DNA of 64,000 nucleotides, from the NCBI RefSeq assembly GCF_006345805.1, contig NW_021835999.1, forward strand, positions 186,001 to 250,000, written 5' to 3'. A program made the position numbers and the translations under genes. Positions 22,621 through 34,726 of the stretch are shown here, piece after piece. Under the pieces are notes generated by a model that did no database searches, had not been told where the DNA came from, and saw only the letters and a list, made by a program, of their open reading frames with translations. The DNA is from Octopus sinensis. Lineage: Eukaryota. Position 1 is the stretch's first letter. Each line of letters begins with the position of its first letter.

Positions 22621-23060
22621 CCTGTCAAAGGATATCAATTCTTTGTGAAATCAGCAAATTTGTGAAATAATGCTTTTTCTGAGGGTTTATGACTGCTTAA
22701 GTACTCATTCTCTCCCACTGTTAAGTACTGGTTAAGAAGATGACAGTGCTGTATATATTGGCCAGAGAACAACTGTCCAAACAATAGAAAAGACTGACAT
22801 GGATGATAGTTGAGAGTACGGCATGAGACATTTACGTGCTCAACTCGGAAGTGCTATTAACTAACTAATATGATAGCTTCAAGAAAAGCCAATCAATTGT
22901 TTGCAAACCATGGATACATAAAGTTAGAAGATTATTAAGTCGATAATTTGAACAAACAGTGTTGTACAAATCCACAGGATATGTTTTTGAAAATCATAAC
23001 TGCCCGACAGTTCTCCACTGCCCCCCAAAATGACCAGTGGGTTGCACTCCAATAAAACGT
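22620..23060 (-). pseudogene. Possible decayed rhodopsin-class GPCR
   Basis: TM1-like ILG-AVENCRAVMIF and TM3-like ANIYSTVIFLT..LTV-ER-YL-AVINP are recovered only across several frameshifts and stops. Confidence 0.3.
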
Positions 23061-23411
23061 CCTCGTCCTTCATTTTTTCTTATTTGCCAGTGTTTTAGGT
23101 AAGAAAACGCCTTTTAACTGAGTTTAAATGCCAACTTTGTCTACAATAATTCGTGATGTGGTGGTTTATAAGTTCTCTAGTTTATATTTGATTGAATAAC
23201 TCTTTTATGTGGCTGTACTCAATGTTAGGCACGCTTTTGACGGAATGAAACTTTCTTTGGCCGGTTTGTTTGTCTAATTGATCGATTTGAAATATTGGAT
23301 CAACGTGGTGTTTATTGTATCAGGAGTTGAGGTGTCTATTTAGACTGTTAATTTATATGTTATACCATATACATCATTGTAATGAAGTACCAATCAACTG
23401 ACGAAACATTA

Positions 23412-24516
23412 CAGTGCGACCTCGATTTGGGGAAAACCAAGTAGCGGGGAAACCCTCTTTTTTGGGGAAAACCTTGCTTTTGGGAAATATTTTTGATGAT
23501 TGCTATAAAATACGATGAAATAAACCCCCACTAGGGAAAATTTTATAATATATTTGTATAATTTTTGATTTATTATTATTTATTTATTGTAATCTGCTTT
23601 TCAAAAATTGTAATCAATAATTTTAAAATTTATTTAACCTGGTAACTTAGTTAGTTAACTAATTAATCTGGTAAAAAATTGAAATCATTTTTATTTAATT
23701 GGATTGGAAGGAATATTTTGCGATGTAGTTTCTTTTAATGGATAAATTATTTGAAATTTCATCATTTTGTAATATTTGCGAGTTTATTCTTTCAATCTGT
23801 TTATTCCACTTATTTTGAAATCTTTATTTTTATTCATTGAATTTCACCTTATTTTTTAATTGACAATGCAAATTGTCATGCTGTTTCTCTCAAACCTTCA
23901 AACGTCGACGTAATATTTTTTTCCAAAAAATACAAGTTTCTTAATTCAGCCATGTGACCAAGATCTATGATAAAAATCCTGCAGCACAAATAGATGAAGC
24001 AATAAAGTGAATCACAATATTGGACGCTATTTCATGTTCTAAATTGGCATGGGAAGAAATTACAGACACTTCAATACAAAATTGCTTTGAAAAAGTTTTG
24101 GAATATGACTGTCGGAAAAAGAGGACATCGGAGAAAGTCTGATTAATTCCAATATTGTGGAAAATGAGATTTTGGAGAGTTTCTGGGATGATAACATTAG
24201 TGATGAAGAGGACTGCAGCGAACAATTTCTGGAACATTTGGATGATAAACAAGTTATAAACAATGCGGAATGCGCATTCACAATGCTGCTAAATGTTATT
24301 AAGCAAGAGACTCCGGAAAATGTACTTGATCTATTCAGATTCAGAGCAAATATTATGAGTTTGATGCGAAAAAAACAAAAAAATTTGATTAGAATGGTCT
24401 CGGTTATATTATTAACGTAGGATATCGAACAGGAGAGACCTAAACTTAATGAAAAACCTTTTTTGTGGAAAAACCTCAAAATTGGGGGAAATTTTCCCCA
24501 ATTCGATGTTTCACTG
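23412..24516 (+). mobile_element. Internally deleted pogo/Tigger element
   Basis: TA-flanked imperfect TIRs cagtgcgacctcgatttggggaaaa / ttttccccaattcgatgtttcactg; subterminal ggggaaaacc repeats; IQPCDQ and ILDAI..AWEEI..IQNCFEK motifs. Confidence 0.8.
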
Positions 24517-24599
24517 TACAACGTTCAATATAATTATTTTTTAACCCAAGAATCACCAACAATTAATTCGGGTAATTAATTAGGTGATTCCAATAATCC

Positions 24600-24857
24600 T
24601 CAAAATCTTTCTCAGGTCGGTTCGATGAATTGTTTGTAGAGAGTGCCGAGAGCCGGGAACGGTGTCTTTAGTCCGCCAAATATCGATTTGATTAATCAAA
24701 TCTTTCGCTGACTGGAACCGATGGCCTTCTCTAAATGGGCAGTAAAACACATGTGGGTGTCAAAAGTGACCCCAGAATTTTAGGGTTCTTCGTGAATGGG
24801 ATCTTTCGTTGTCCAGAAAAAGATCAATAGTACGGCTTCCGAGTCTCTTGTCCGACA
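24600..24857 (-). mobile_element. Non-LTR RT C-terminal remnant
   Basis: NPKILG-VTFDTHMCFTAHL across a frameshift. Confidence 0.45.
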
Positions 24858-24859
24858 TA

Positions 24860-27061
24860 CAGTATGGTCCAAAAATATTACACCCCTCGACTTTTTGACA
24901 AATAAAATCAATTTTCGATACTAATAATTAATTACTTAAACTATTTTTATGCAATTTAGTTCTTATTAAAGTTGATTTAATAATTTTTATTTTTTTTAAA
25001 ACCAAAAATCAATTTATTTTATATCTGTGAGCAAAAACATGAAAAATTGCCGCCTCATAAATACTACACTATTTAAAAAGTCAGTATTTGGTGTGCCCTC
25101 CTTTATTTTTGATTACTGCTTTTAGTCTCGAGGTCATTGATTCCACCAATTTGATACATATTTCCTTTGGAATTTTTTTCCATTCTTCAATAATTAAATT
25201 TTCTAGATTTTTTTTATTTGTGACGTCAAATGTTTCAATTTTTCTTTTTAAATAGCACCACAGGTGTTCAATTGGATTTAAATCTGGCGACATGCTCGGC
25301 CAGTCCATTTGCAAGATTTTTTTCAGTTAAAAAACTTTTAGTCTTCTTTGCAGTATGCTTCGGATCGTTATCTTGTTGGAAAATCGGATTTCCTGAATGA
25401 TCGTTGATAAAGGGAATCATTTTTTCCTCAAGTATATTATCGTAAATTTAATTAAAATATAACTCTATTTTCACAAATATCCTTTTTTATGACTTAATTT
25501 TTTACATCCAAATTCAAATTTACTTTCTTTAACTATTTAAAAAATTATTTGATTTTACGAGATCACTGGTTGGGGTGATACAAATTGTCATGTACCATAA
25601 CATTATAATAATTTTTATATTTTTCATACAAAAACAAATTTATTTTAAATTTAACACGTTATTATTTAATTGACATGGGACGAAAAAGCGACTTGTCATT
25701 TGATACCAAAAAAATTATTTTAAATCTCCATACATTTGGACTTAGTCAAAACAAAATCGCGGAAATCACAAATTGCTCACAAGGATCAGTTTCCAACGTG
25801 TTGCGAAAGCAGAATAACGAAAAAAACAATCGTGTCGGAAAGGGAAGGCCGAAATTAACGTCTTCACGAGAAGAAAGAGTTATTCAAAGAGTTTTGATGG
25901 AAAATAGATTCATCTCTATTAAGGAAATTTCTGAAAAACTTATTCCTCACGGAATTAATTTGAGCCGAATGACAATAAGCAGACGTCTAAACCAATTGGG
26001 ATTTTTTTCCATAACCCCTGTTTGCAAGCCCTTCCTAACATTAAAACAACAGAAGCAAAGATTAGCTTTGGCTAAAGGGAAAATAAACTGGACTATAGAA
26101 CAGTGGTCCAAAGTTATTTTTTCTGACGAATCTAAGTTTCTGCTGTCAATTGGTGGAAAAAGTGCGTATGTTTGGCGTAAAAGAAATGAAACAATTCATC
26201 CTTCATGCATAAATCAAAAGCTTCATTACAGAAAAGGAGCAATTAGATAAGTCAATTTAGAAATTACATGCTAAAAATTAACACTTAAAAATTGATATAA
26301 GTAGAGATACAAATGATTTATTGATAAATTTGCCAATATTATAATGTTTTGGTACAGACTGTACATGTCTGCATTCATGATCCCATTTATGATATAAAGT
26401 TCACCAGGTCCTTGCGAGCTCATAGATCCCCATATCTTTATATTTCCGCCGCCATGTTTCATTGTAGCTACTATGCATTTTGGATTTAGTGCATCGCAAA
26501 TTTTTGCGCCACACATGCTGAATTCCATCTGATCCGAACAAATTGTTTTTGGTCTCATCTTACCACAGAATTCTATTCCAAAAATCCATATTTTTGTTTA
26601 CAAATTTTTTTGCAAATTGTAAACGGTTTCTTTTGTGCCTTTTTGACAATAATGGTTTCCTTCGAGGTACTCGGCCATATAAATTGCATTCATGTAGTGT
26701 CCTTTTTATTGTAGATTTTAATATTTGAATATCAGAATAAGATTCCAATTTTTTTGCAATTGCAGATGAAGAGATTCTTGGATTTTTTTCAGCAGAACGT
26801 CTGATCATACGGATAGATCTGATAGATAACTTCTTCATCTCCCTCTTTCTCCATTTAAAATGCCGTTTATTCCATTTTTTCGGTATTTTTGTGCAATCTT
26901 AGCAACGGTGTTCTTGCTAATCTCAAGTTTCTTGGCAATTTTTTTGTATCCATAGTTGTCCTCGTGTAAGGAAATAATACGATAAATAGATGTATTATTC
27001 TAACAGATATAAGATTTTTTCAACAAAAAAACAAGGGGTGTAATATTTTTGGACCATACTG
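24860..27061 (-). mobile_element. Tc1-family transposon (2202 bp) with a nested insertion
   Basis: Perfect 28-bp TIRs cagtatggtccaaaaatattacacccct with TA TSD. Transposase pieces RKPLLSKRH, KHGGGNIKIWG, FQQDNDPKH, WPSMSPDLNPIEHLW..GGHTKY. Confidence 0.93.
25445..26361 (+). mobile_element. Second, truncated Tc1 element nested in opposite orientation
   Basis: ORF 25675-26250 (MGRKSDL..GRPK..KPFLT..WSKVIFSDESKF). Right end ..ttggtacagactg-TA; TA on both sides (25443-44 and 26362-63). Removing it restores NADMY-DNILEE of the outer transposase. Confidence 0.85.
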
Positions 27062-27547
27062 TATACTAAATCGTTAATAGGCTTTCTTTGGGAAAAAAGG
27101 ATGCTTTTTGGAATTATTAAACACATCAAACTCGGAAATTTACTTTAATGTGAAGTTTTTGAAAAAAACGCTATGATAAAAAAACAAATTTTCATAATAA
27201 GGCAGAATTGCCACAAATTAAAAATCCACGGAAACCTTTAGAAATAAATAATAAAAAATCAGTGAGAAAGAACAATTTTGTCAAAAAATTATCATTGTTA
27301 TACAAAAGTCAGTACATTTTTAATTATTTTTACTGATTAAAGATAGAATATAAATGAACATCAGTTTTTGAGTACAACCCCAGTTTTTAGGTCAAATTGT
27401 TCTACAAAAGTTACTGATATATTGGGGTAGAAAACACAAGGAGTATTTACTGAAACACAAAGCTCTGAAGACTATTCCTATCTCTGTACAAATACTTGTT
27501 TGGTTGGTTATTATGACTAATTAATGTATTCCCAAACTAAACAAAAA

Positions 27548-29796
27548 TCACACAAATTTATAAATCTTATTGTCAACACACACCATTTCCCCCATCTCCA
27601 CCCGCGTAGCCAAGAACTCAACAATATCCTCAGTAGTCAGTCCAGAAGTAAAGGCAGTCCCCGCACTGTGGGCAAACAGTCTGAGAGCACTGTACACCTT
27701 CTGGACTGTTATCGTCGACATTGACTTGAGCATTCGACTGGCCTGTCCCCAGTGTGTCTCAATCAACGCATTGGGGGACACACCATCACCCTCCACCACC
27801 GACTCCTCCATACACCGAATGTTCGAATCAGACAACATGGAAACTACCCTCACAAATCAACACCAACAAGAAGACAATCTTCCCAATCTGAGAAATCTAG
27901 TAGATCCCACGTAGAATGACACAAGCACTCCATGAGAGATCCACAAATCCACTCTGCTGCTAAAAGCACGGGAATCCTCAAACATGAGTGACTGGGCTAA
28001 TTCAGAATATGCAATCGAATCTGCCCAAATATGAACATGTGAACAACCCTGATCTTGGAAGGCACAGAGAATGGCTGCCATAGCCGGGGAGGTGGTGATG
28101 GAGTAGAGACTGCCCTCATGCTCTACCTCCAAGACCATCAACCCCACATTGGGCATCCACCTCACAGAACGATTACTCTTCAGACGGGCATATTCCTCCT
28201 CATATCGACTCAACTCACATTTCCACATATTTGGATATGTAAAATTCTCAACTGCAAAATCTGGCCAAAACTGGTCAGAAATGACAGTCACAGACACATG
28301 ACAGCCACTCATATACTCCTACAGTCAACAGGCCAGCATACTCCACAACTCTGTCCAAATATATCGACAGACTCGGCCATGTCATGCATCATCACCTGCG
28401 CCTTATGAAGGTTCTGGTCATTAAACCGAGCACTCAACAACTCCAATGCTCTGTTGAAATACTCGCACGACCAACCTACGTTCTCTCTCAATATCAAATG
28501 CCCTCGAATTGACAATCTTCCACCCCAACACCTGCCTGTACTCATTCAACAAGGACTCCTTGGTGCCGTAAATACTGCTCAGCAGGGTCAGCAGATCTGA
28601 TGACCTCATTCCCAGGTCCCGCTCGACTGAATGACCTCAGAGGGTACTTTGTTGGTCGAACACAGGCCGAGGCTCCCACAGTCGCCAGTCCCGCAGGTCC
28701 ACCTCGCAAAGACCCTCGTCGAGAATGCCCGGAAAATGACCGGTGGGGTATTCCGTCTCCAGAAGGGCATTGTCCGTGATTGCACACACCACGGCGTGCA
28801 GAATTCCGTGACGGCGTTTTAAATGTTGGCGGATTGGCTCACAAACTATCCTCACCAGAATCCCCGTCCGGTCAATGTCGTTCAGACTCAGAATCCCCGA
28901 TATGTACCCATTCAAAATGTCACTCGTGGGGACTCCCTGGTGGAGGAGACGGGTCTCGAACGAGTCCTTCAGTCTGGTGGCAATCGACACGATCAGGTCT
29001 TTGTCCTTCCCCACACAGGTCCCCAACTCCACGGCCACTTCTCTGCTGTCGGGGTAGTGCACTACAATCTCGAATAACTCCTCCACTCGGTATTTGGCCA
29101 CGTTTGTCCTCACTAGTCCTGAAATATCCACTTCCAGGCACTCCAATTGGACGAATTTGGTCCACAAGGAGATCACGTTTTCTAATTCTGTCACCAGAGG
29201 TCCCACGACCACGTTTTTGTAGTTTTTGAGACACATTTGGGCTGTTCGTGACTTTACTACCTCGACTATCATCAACTTGTTGGCTTCCATCACTATTTTA
29301 GTCATCTTTGACAGACTACCCGTAGGACTGTCATAAAAGTCCAATTCCCTCATCACCTGCCCAACATACTCAAAGTCCCTGACTGACTCAGAGTCCTCCC
29401 CCTTCAGAAATGCCTGGAAGGTTCGACTCAACACCTCATCGAGTCGTCCAACGCAGGATTGCTTCAGTGCCAATTTGAAGTTGGCGATAATTTGTCGGGA
29501 AATTTGGAGAAATTTTGCTTTTGTGATTTTTTGGACATCAGAACGAAGTTTGAGCCAGAAAGTGTGATTGGAGGAGAGGATTCGACAGGAATGGGGGAGG
29601 GGAGCCTCCTGGTGATGGACTGCGGAGAACAGTTTCCGGGTTAGTTCGTTACTGACTGAGGAGAACCATTCCCGAATATATTTTGTGTTTAAGTTTTTAA
29701 TGGATTCAAATTCGTTGTATATTTCGTCTCGACTTAGAACAAGGAAGCTTGGAGGCTGTTATTTTTAGAATAATAAAAGTGCACCACATCATCCAT
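27548..29796 (-). CDS. ANAPC2: Anaphase-promoting complex subunit 2
   Basis: ELFEIVVHYPDS, RLLHQGVPTSDIL..YIS, W.LWEPRP, RSSDLL..SIYGTKE..NEYR, ELL..RF, VMMHDMAES, ISDQFWP, and a C-terminal winged-helix. Introns about 19-29 nt. Confidence 0.93.
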
Positions 29797-29904
29797 TTTC
29801 GGAAATAATTTATTATTTATTTTTATCATAATAAAAATGTGGCATACTACCATTTTGAAAAAGAATTTAATCTAAAATTAATCAAAATTGAGCTAAATTA
29901 ATAA

Positions 29905-30702
29905 TTATACGACTCTCAAATTTTTGTTTTCCGAGTTCCCCATGACTCCACCTTGATCCTCCCCGCCATGATCCTCAATCTCCTCCTGGGGCGTGCAGTC
30001 TCTGGGTCTCTTAAGGGACTTGCTGATCTTCATAGAGAAATTATATTTCAGCCAGTCCCCATTTACGTAATTTGCAGAGTCCAGGATTTCACTGAAGCCA
30101 TGTTTGTACTCGACAAACATGGCCATATGGGATTTTCTTTTCTGCTCGGCCCACAGAATTGCTGCCTTTCTTGGGGAGATTAACTTTCGCCTCTCCAGAT
30201 TTTTCACGAAAGTCAAACAGCATTTTTCCGACCTGAAGGTAATCGAGGCAAGCCCTCTTCCAAGTTTATCCCTCGGCAAATATAGCCTCTCCTTACAGGC
30301 GTTTTTTTCCGTATTTAAATCCATTAACAGCTTCCTGACAAATTTGTCAATTTCATCAAAAGCTGACGGTTCCAAATCCAGAAGGCCAATATAATAATTG
30401 TACAAAGATAAAGCATGTTCATTAATTGCCTTAAACAAATTCACCGAATTTAGTTTCGTCTTCGACAATCTTTCGATCCGTAAATTTTTCAAAACTTCTT
30501 CTTTAACAACCTGACTAAACTTATTTTCCAACACACCCAAATAACGGTAACTATCCAGTCCATCCAGCAGTTTGGCATCATTTCTCAATAAACAACTATT
30601 TGTTGCCGACTTCTCACAATTCTTTTCCAAACCCGAAGCTTTAAAAAATAAATCCACGTCTTTCATCATACACCCGAGTGTGACCTTACCTTTGGCGAGC
30701 AA
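29905..30702 (-). mobile_element. R4-like retrotransposon fragment (RT thumb and downstream region)
   Basis: GLEKNCEKSATN..YRYLGVLE..LNSVNLFKAINEHALSLYNY..ACKERLYLPRDKLGRGL. Confidence 0.88.
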
Positions 30703-30980
30703 ATTTCGAAATAATATATTTGTTTATTCAAAAGATATCACAATTGATTATAGTCTTTTAAAATAGTGGTAAAATACGTCACTTGCAGAAATTCGTTATT
30801 TAAATATACGCAAGAAATTTATTACAAAGGTTAACCACATTAATATTAGAATTTAAATTACCTTTTTCTATTTAGAAATAAAATTAAATTACCAATTCAA
30901 ACTTTTACCTAAAACTACTCCACTAGATCAAATCCTATCATCACTACTAATTAAAAAAATAAATAATAGTTGATTAAAAC

Positions 30981-31412
30981 TCAGTTAAAACCACCACGTA
31001 CAACAGTAGTGAAAGGAAGTGGGACAGCAGCCCATTTCAGACACGAAGCAGTACTGTTTGACTGGACTCCCACTTTATTATTGGTGTACAAAACGTGATT
31101 TGTTTTTCCAGATTGTGGAGTCACTCTATTGATAGACGACTTTATTCGGTCAAATCGGTTGTTTTCAAATTGTGAAAAAAGATTGCGGTTAAGCTGGCTG
31201 ATGAACACAGTCTACCTTAATCCTCTCTTCGAACACCTTCGGAGGCGGTGGTTTAGCCGACAACCTGAAGAGATTGGCTGATTCTGGCCTGGTAGCACAT
31301 CTCCGATGGCCATAAAACCCAGTGGGAAACTAAACGAGGTCACTAGACAGGAAACCCATAGGCCGACTGGGTCTCTCTTGCTGTACACAGTTATCGTGTC
31401 CTCCACTGTCAT
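30981..31412 (-). CDS. CIMIP7/C3orf84-like ciliary microtubule inner protein
   Basis: Introns 31330-31355 (26 nt) and 31194-31215 (22 nt) give GLW|FPTGFYGHRR..ESANLFRLSAKPPPPKVFEERIK|LNRNLFSQFEN, colinear with remembered C3orf84 GSWHNNGFYGHYR..ESAREYHLAAKPQPPAVF..FFSKHDN. Confidence 0.7.
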
Positions 31413-31789
31413 TTCTCTATCGCATCTCTATTTGTTAAATATCGGCTTTTTACGATGAATAACAATCAATAACCGCACTCTCAAACAAAACGTCATCAGT
31501 TCTGTCAAGACAGGTTTATTTTCACTAAGAGAGATATCAGGCATAAAGTTAAGGGCCAGTAGGAGGCCTCACTCACAAAGTCGTCTATCGCTATTTCCTT
31601 CTCCTTTCTAGAAACTTTTGTAACCGGCTTTGACGAGATCATCAATCATAGGAAAAGTTTCCTAAAGCTCGGTATTTGCTTTCGTAGATTTACGCCAAAG
31701 GCCACCTTGAACGCTAGTCTCCTCGTTTTGCCGAACTGCACCCTACCCCCTAATTCCCCTAACCCTCTAAAGAGCCAACTAGTGCTTAT

Positions 31790-33071
31790 CAATTGGATGT
31801 CAACTCATTCCTTATCAAACTGTCCAGCTTCCGAAGTTCTTTGAAAATCCCGCTTCGCATTCCAAAGTCAGCAAGGATACAAGTTTCCAAATGTCTTACT
31901 TCCTTCATCAATGATGCGCTCACGTCAAATAGGTGGAAAGCATGTTCTCGTCTGATCAGTTTTGCCCCACTGGCGCTCGGAACCCGTATCCGCACTGCGA
32001 AAAATCCACCTCCTCTCGCAGAACCGATTAAAGAGAACATCAACAGAATTTTTTCGCACTCAATAATAACCTTGCCGATGTCGATCGCAAGCACTCCCCA
32101 AATAACAAAAAGAAAACTCCACAGTGTTTTGAGGACACCCTGAATGATCGTGTTTGTGCCAAACTAGCCGAGGGTGGCGTCCGGACTGCCAATCGCACAA
32201 TCTCAAACAACGACACAGTGTTAAAACCAACCTCTACTGTCCTTGCCCACCTGAGATCCAAACATCCGAATCCTCCTCCTGATCTGCGGCCTCTTACTTG
32301 CCCATCTGTGTCTTGCACGCTCAACCTATCAGAAGATGAAATCAAGTTCTCAATTCAATCTTTCGGCTAAAGCAGCTACGGCAGACTTGATGGCCTTCTC
32401 TCGGGCCACATCAAGGACCTCACCTCTCCCTCAACTGGCGAGGCAGGCAACTTTCTGATATCCGCTATAGCCGCTCTAATCGGTAAGATACTGAATGGGG
32501 ATATCCCCTACTATGCGAGGAACATGCTCTTCTCAGCACATCTACTTGCATTCCGGAAGAATGGCAGAATCCGTCCCATACCAGTTGGAAACTACTTCCG
32601 CCGCCTGACCGCTAAATTGGCCTCCAGGATCGTATGTCCCCGCCTAAGTTTGCTCCCCATCAACTCGGGGTGGGAGTTGCCAACGGTTGCGAGAAGTCTT
32701 TTCTTTTGAACGGAACACTCAAGTCCTCCTACAAAGCTGTGAAACTCGATCTTCGCAACGCATTAAACAGTGTGATGAGAGACTGTATCCTTGAGGCTTG
32801 CCTACTTGGATGATGCCTCGGTTTGTGGATCTATCGAGGACATATCCAACGATCTTTCACACCTGCCCTCAAACACCTTGGGCTAGAACTGAATGAAGAA
32901 AAATGTAAGCTCATGAATGTCAACTACCCGCTGGCAAATTTTCTCGACTCAAAAATGTCCATAACCGATCTCATCCCAAGTATTCAGACTATTAACATGT
33001 CAGAAGCTACATTCCTAGGCTGCCCTCTAAGCCCATCTGGCCTAAGGGCCCATCTGGCGAAGAATAGATAG
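31790..33071 (+). mobile_element. Decayed CRE-clade non-LTR retrotransposon (RT region)
   Basis: EGGVRTA..LRSKHP, DGL..GHIKDL, LLAFRKNGRIRPIPVGNYFRRLTAK, KLDLRNALNSV, LGLELNEEKC, FLGCPL. Confidence 0.8.
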
Positions 33072-33243
33072 ATAGAGATAGATAGACTTGAGCGCGTCAG
33101 CAAACTTTAGCGCGTCAGCGTACTTCTCCCTGACAAATAAAAAATAAGGTCAATTTAATCTCTAGTTTTAAAGTCTAAAATAAATACGAATTATTGATTA
33201 AATATATTTAAAAAGAAATAGTTTATTTAAAGAATATAACAAA

Positions 33244-33726
33244 TTATTTAAATTTTGAAGTTCTACGGGCCTTGTGGGTCTCTGGAATGTGACTGGATTC
33301 GACTTGTAAGGCATACGTATGGAAGAGTGACATGAAGAGACTAAAACATAACAAAATCCAATACAAGGGGACAGTGAAGGTCCTGTCGACAGAGTAAACC
33401 ATGAAGAAACACAAAAGGAGAGAAACACACACTAAACATAGCCAACTAAGTCAACCATCCTTGTTGTAGACATATACAGATCTTCCGGTCACCAGGCCTT
33501 TCCAATTGGTCAGGGTCTGGGGATGTGACATGAGGGTTACTATGAGCATGAAGAGGTACAATAAGGAAGAACACAGTCCTCCCAGCATTGAACGGAACAG
33601 GGAGGGATTCATTTTTGTGGGCAAAATGTTGATGATTGATAGAAAGATTATTGATATCAATGTGCTTATAAATATTGTAAAACTGACATTATTTTTGGCT
33701 GAAAATTACACAGGCTAAATACCCAT
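33244..33726 (-). CDS. KRTCAP2: Oligosaccharyltransferase subunit KCP2 (keratinocyte-associated protein 2)
   Basis: Four 24-nt introns (33699-33722, 33517-33540, 33432-33455, 33341-33364) give a multi-TM protein with LGGLCSSLLYLFMLI|TLTN..G and a basic C-terminus. Coding exon 1 is just ATGG. Confidence 0.75.
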
Positions 33727-33994
33727 AGGAGTTGCAACACGTCACCTTTTATTTAAATAATTTTATTGTGTATATTATTTAATTAGTATAATATATTATT
33801 AATTTATTTTTTATTTATGAAAATTAATATGACAATTTGTTTAAAAGTGCGTGAAATTTTTTTCGGTAATAAAATAGAACCAAAAATAACAATTTTTTAG
33901 CACTTTAATTTTCTCAAAAATTAAAATAAATCTAAAATAATTTTTATAATAAAAATAAAATATATAAAATAAGTTGTTCAAGTGGGATCAACCA

Positions 33995-34401
33995 ATGGAC
34001 ATTCCCCCCGATAATTCTAAAATTGTAGAGGCCCTAACAGCACTGTCCAACCTAATAGAACCGATCAAAGACTCAATAACATACGTATTTATTGGCTAAA
34101 TTATTTAAAGAACCAATCACCAAACTTTGGAGAAAAAATGTGCAAACTTGGACTAGAAATATCACAAGTTTGTCAACAGGTCAAACAACGAGAGAAATAT
34201 ATCTCCCATGTCCACGAGACGCTCAAGGAATGTACCAAATATCTATCCCTAATGAGGTGTGAACTGGGGTCTCCACCTGCCTGTCCACACGACTGTGAGG
34301 GCGAATGGGACAGCCAAGTAATCCCCGGGTCTAATCGTCCATAGTATGAACCCTTTGTAATACAAAAGCAGACTTTTAATCAATATTTTCATACAAAGTA
34401 A
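33995..34401 (+). CDS. Small coiled-coil protein, possibly BORCS5-like
   Basis: ATG at 33995 with 26-nt and 27-nt introns. SITY|NQ..KMCKLGLEI..VKQREK and a C-terminal YEPF weakly resemble BORCS5. Confidence 0.45.
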
Positions 34402-34726
34402 TATTATTATTTATTTATAAATTAATTATAAATAATTAATTATATATTTTAATAAATTAATTTAGTAATTTTTGTCCGCCAATTCCCGATTGTTTTAGTG
34501 GGTCTCCACATTCGTTTATTTTTGAACAATTTTTGTCAGAATTTTCGTATCTCAGACAACAATTCGAATGTTTTTCTCCTCGTCAGAAACAAAATAATCA
34601 AACTATTCAACAAGTCGCCACTTTGACCTTAAAACAACAAAAATATTTCCACATTTTACTCTCCCTTTTGCGAATCAGTTCAACTAGTTGTTATGTAATC
34701 ATATTTGTCACAAAATTAGACACTTT

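Noticed and set aside
27815-29435. GTTCGA T-loop-like motifs suggesting tRNAs
   Set aside because: They lie inside ANAPC2 coding sequence with no cloverleaf; no tRNA or rRNA was recognised in the window.
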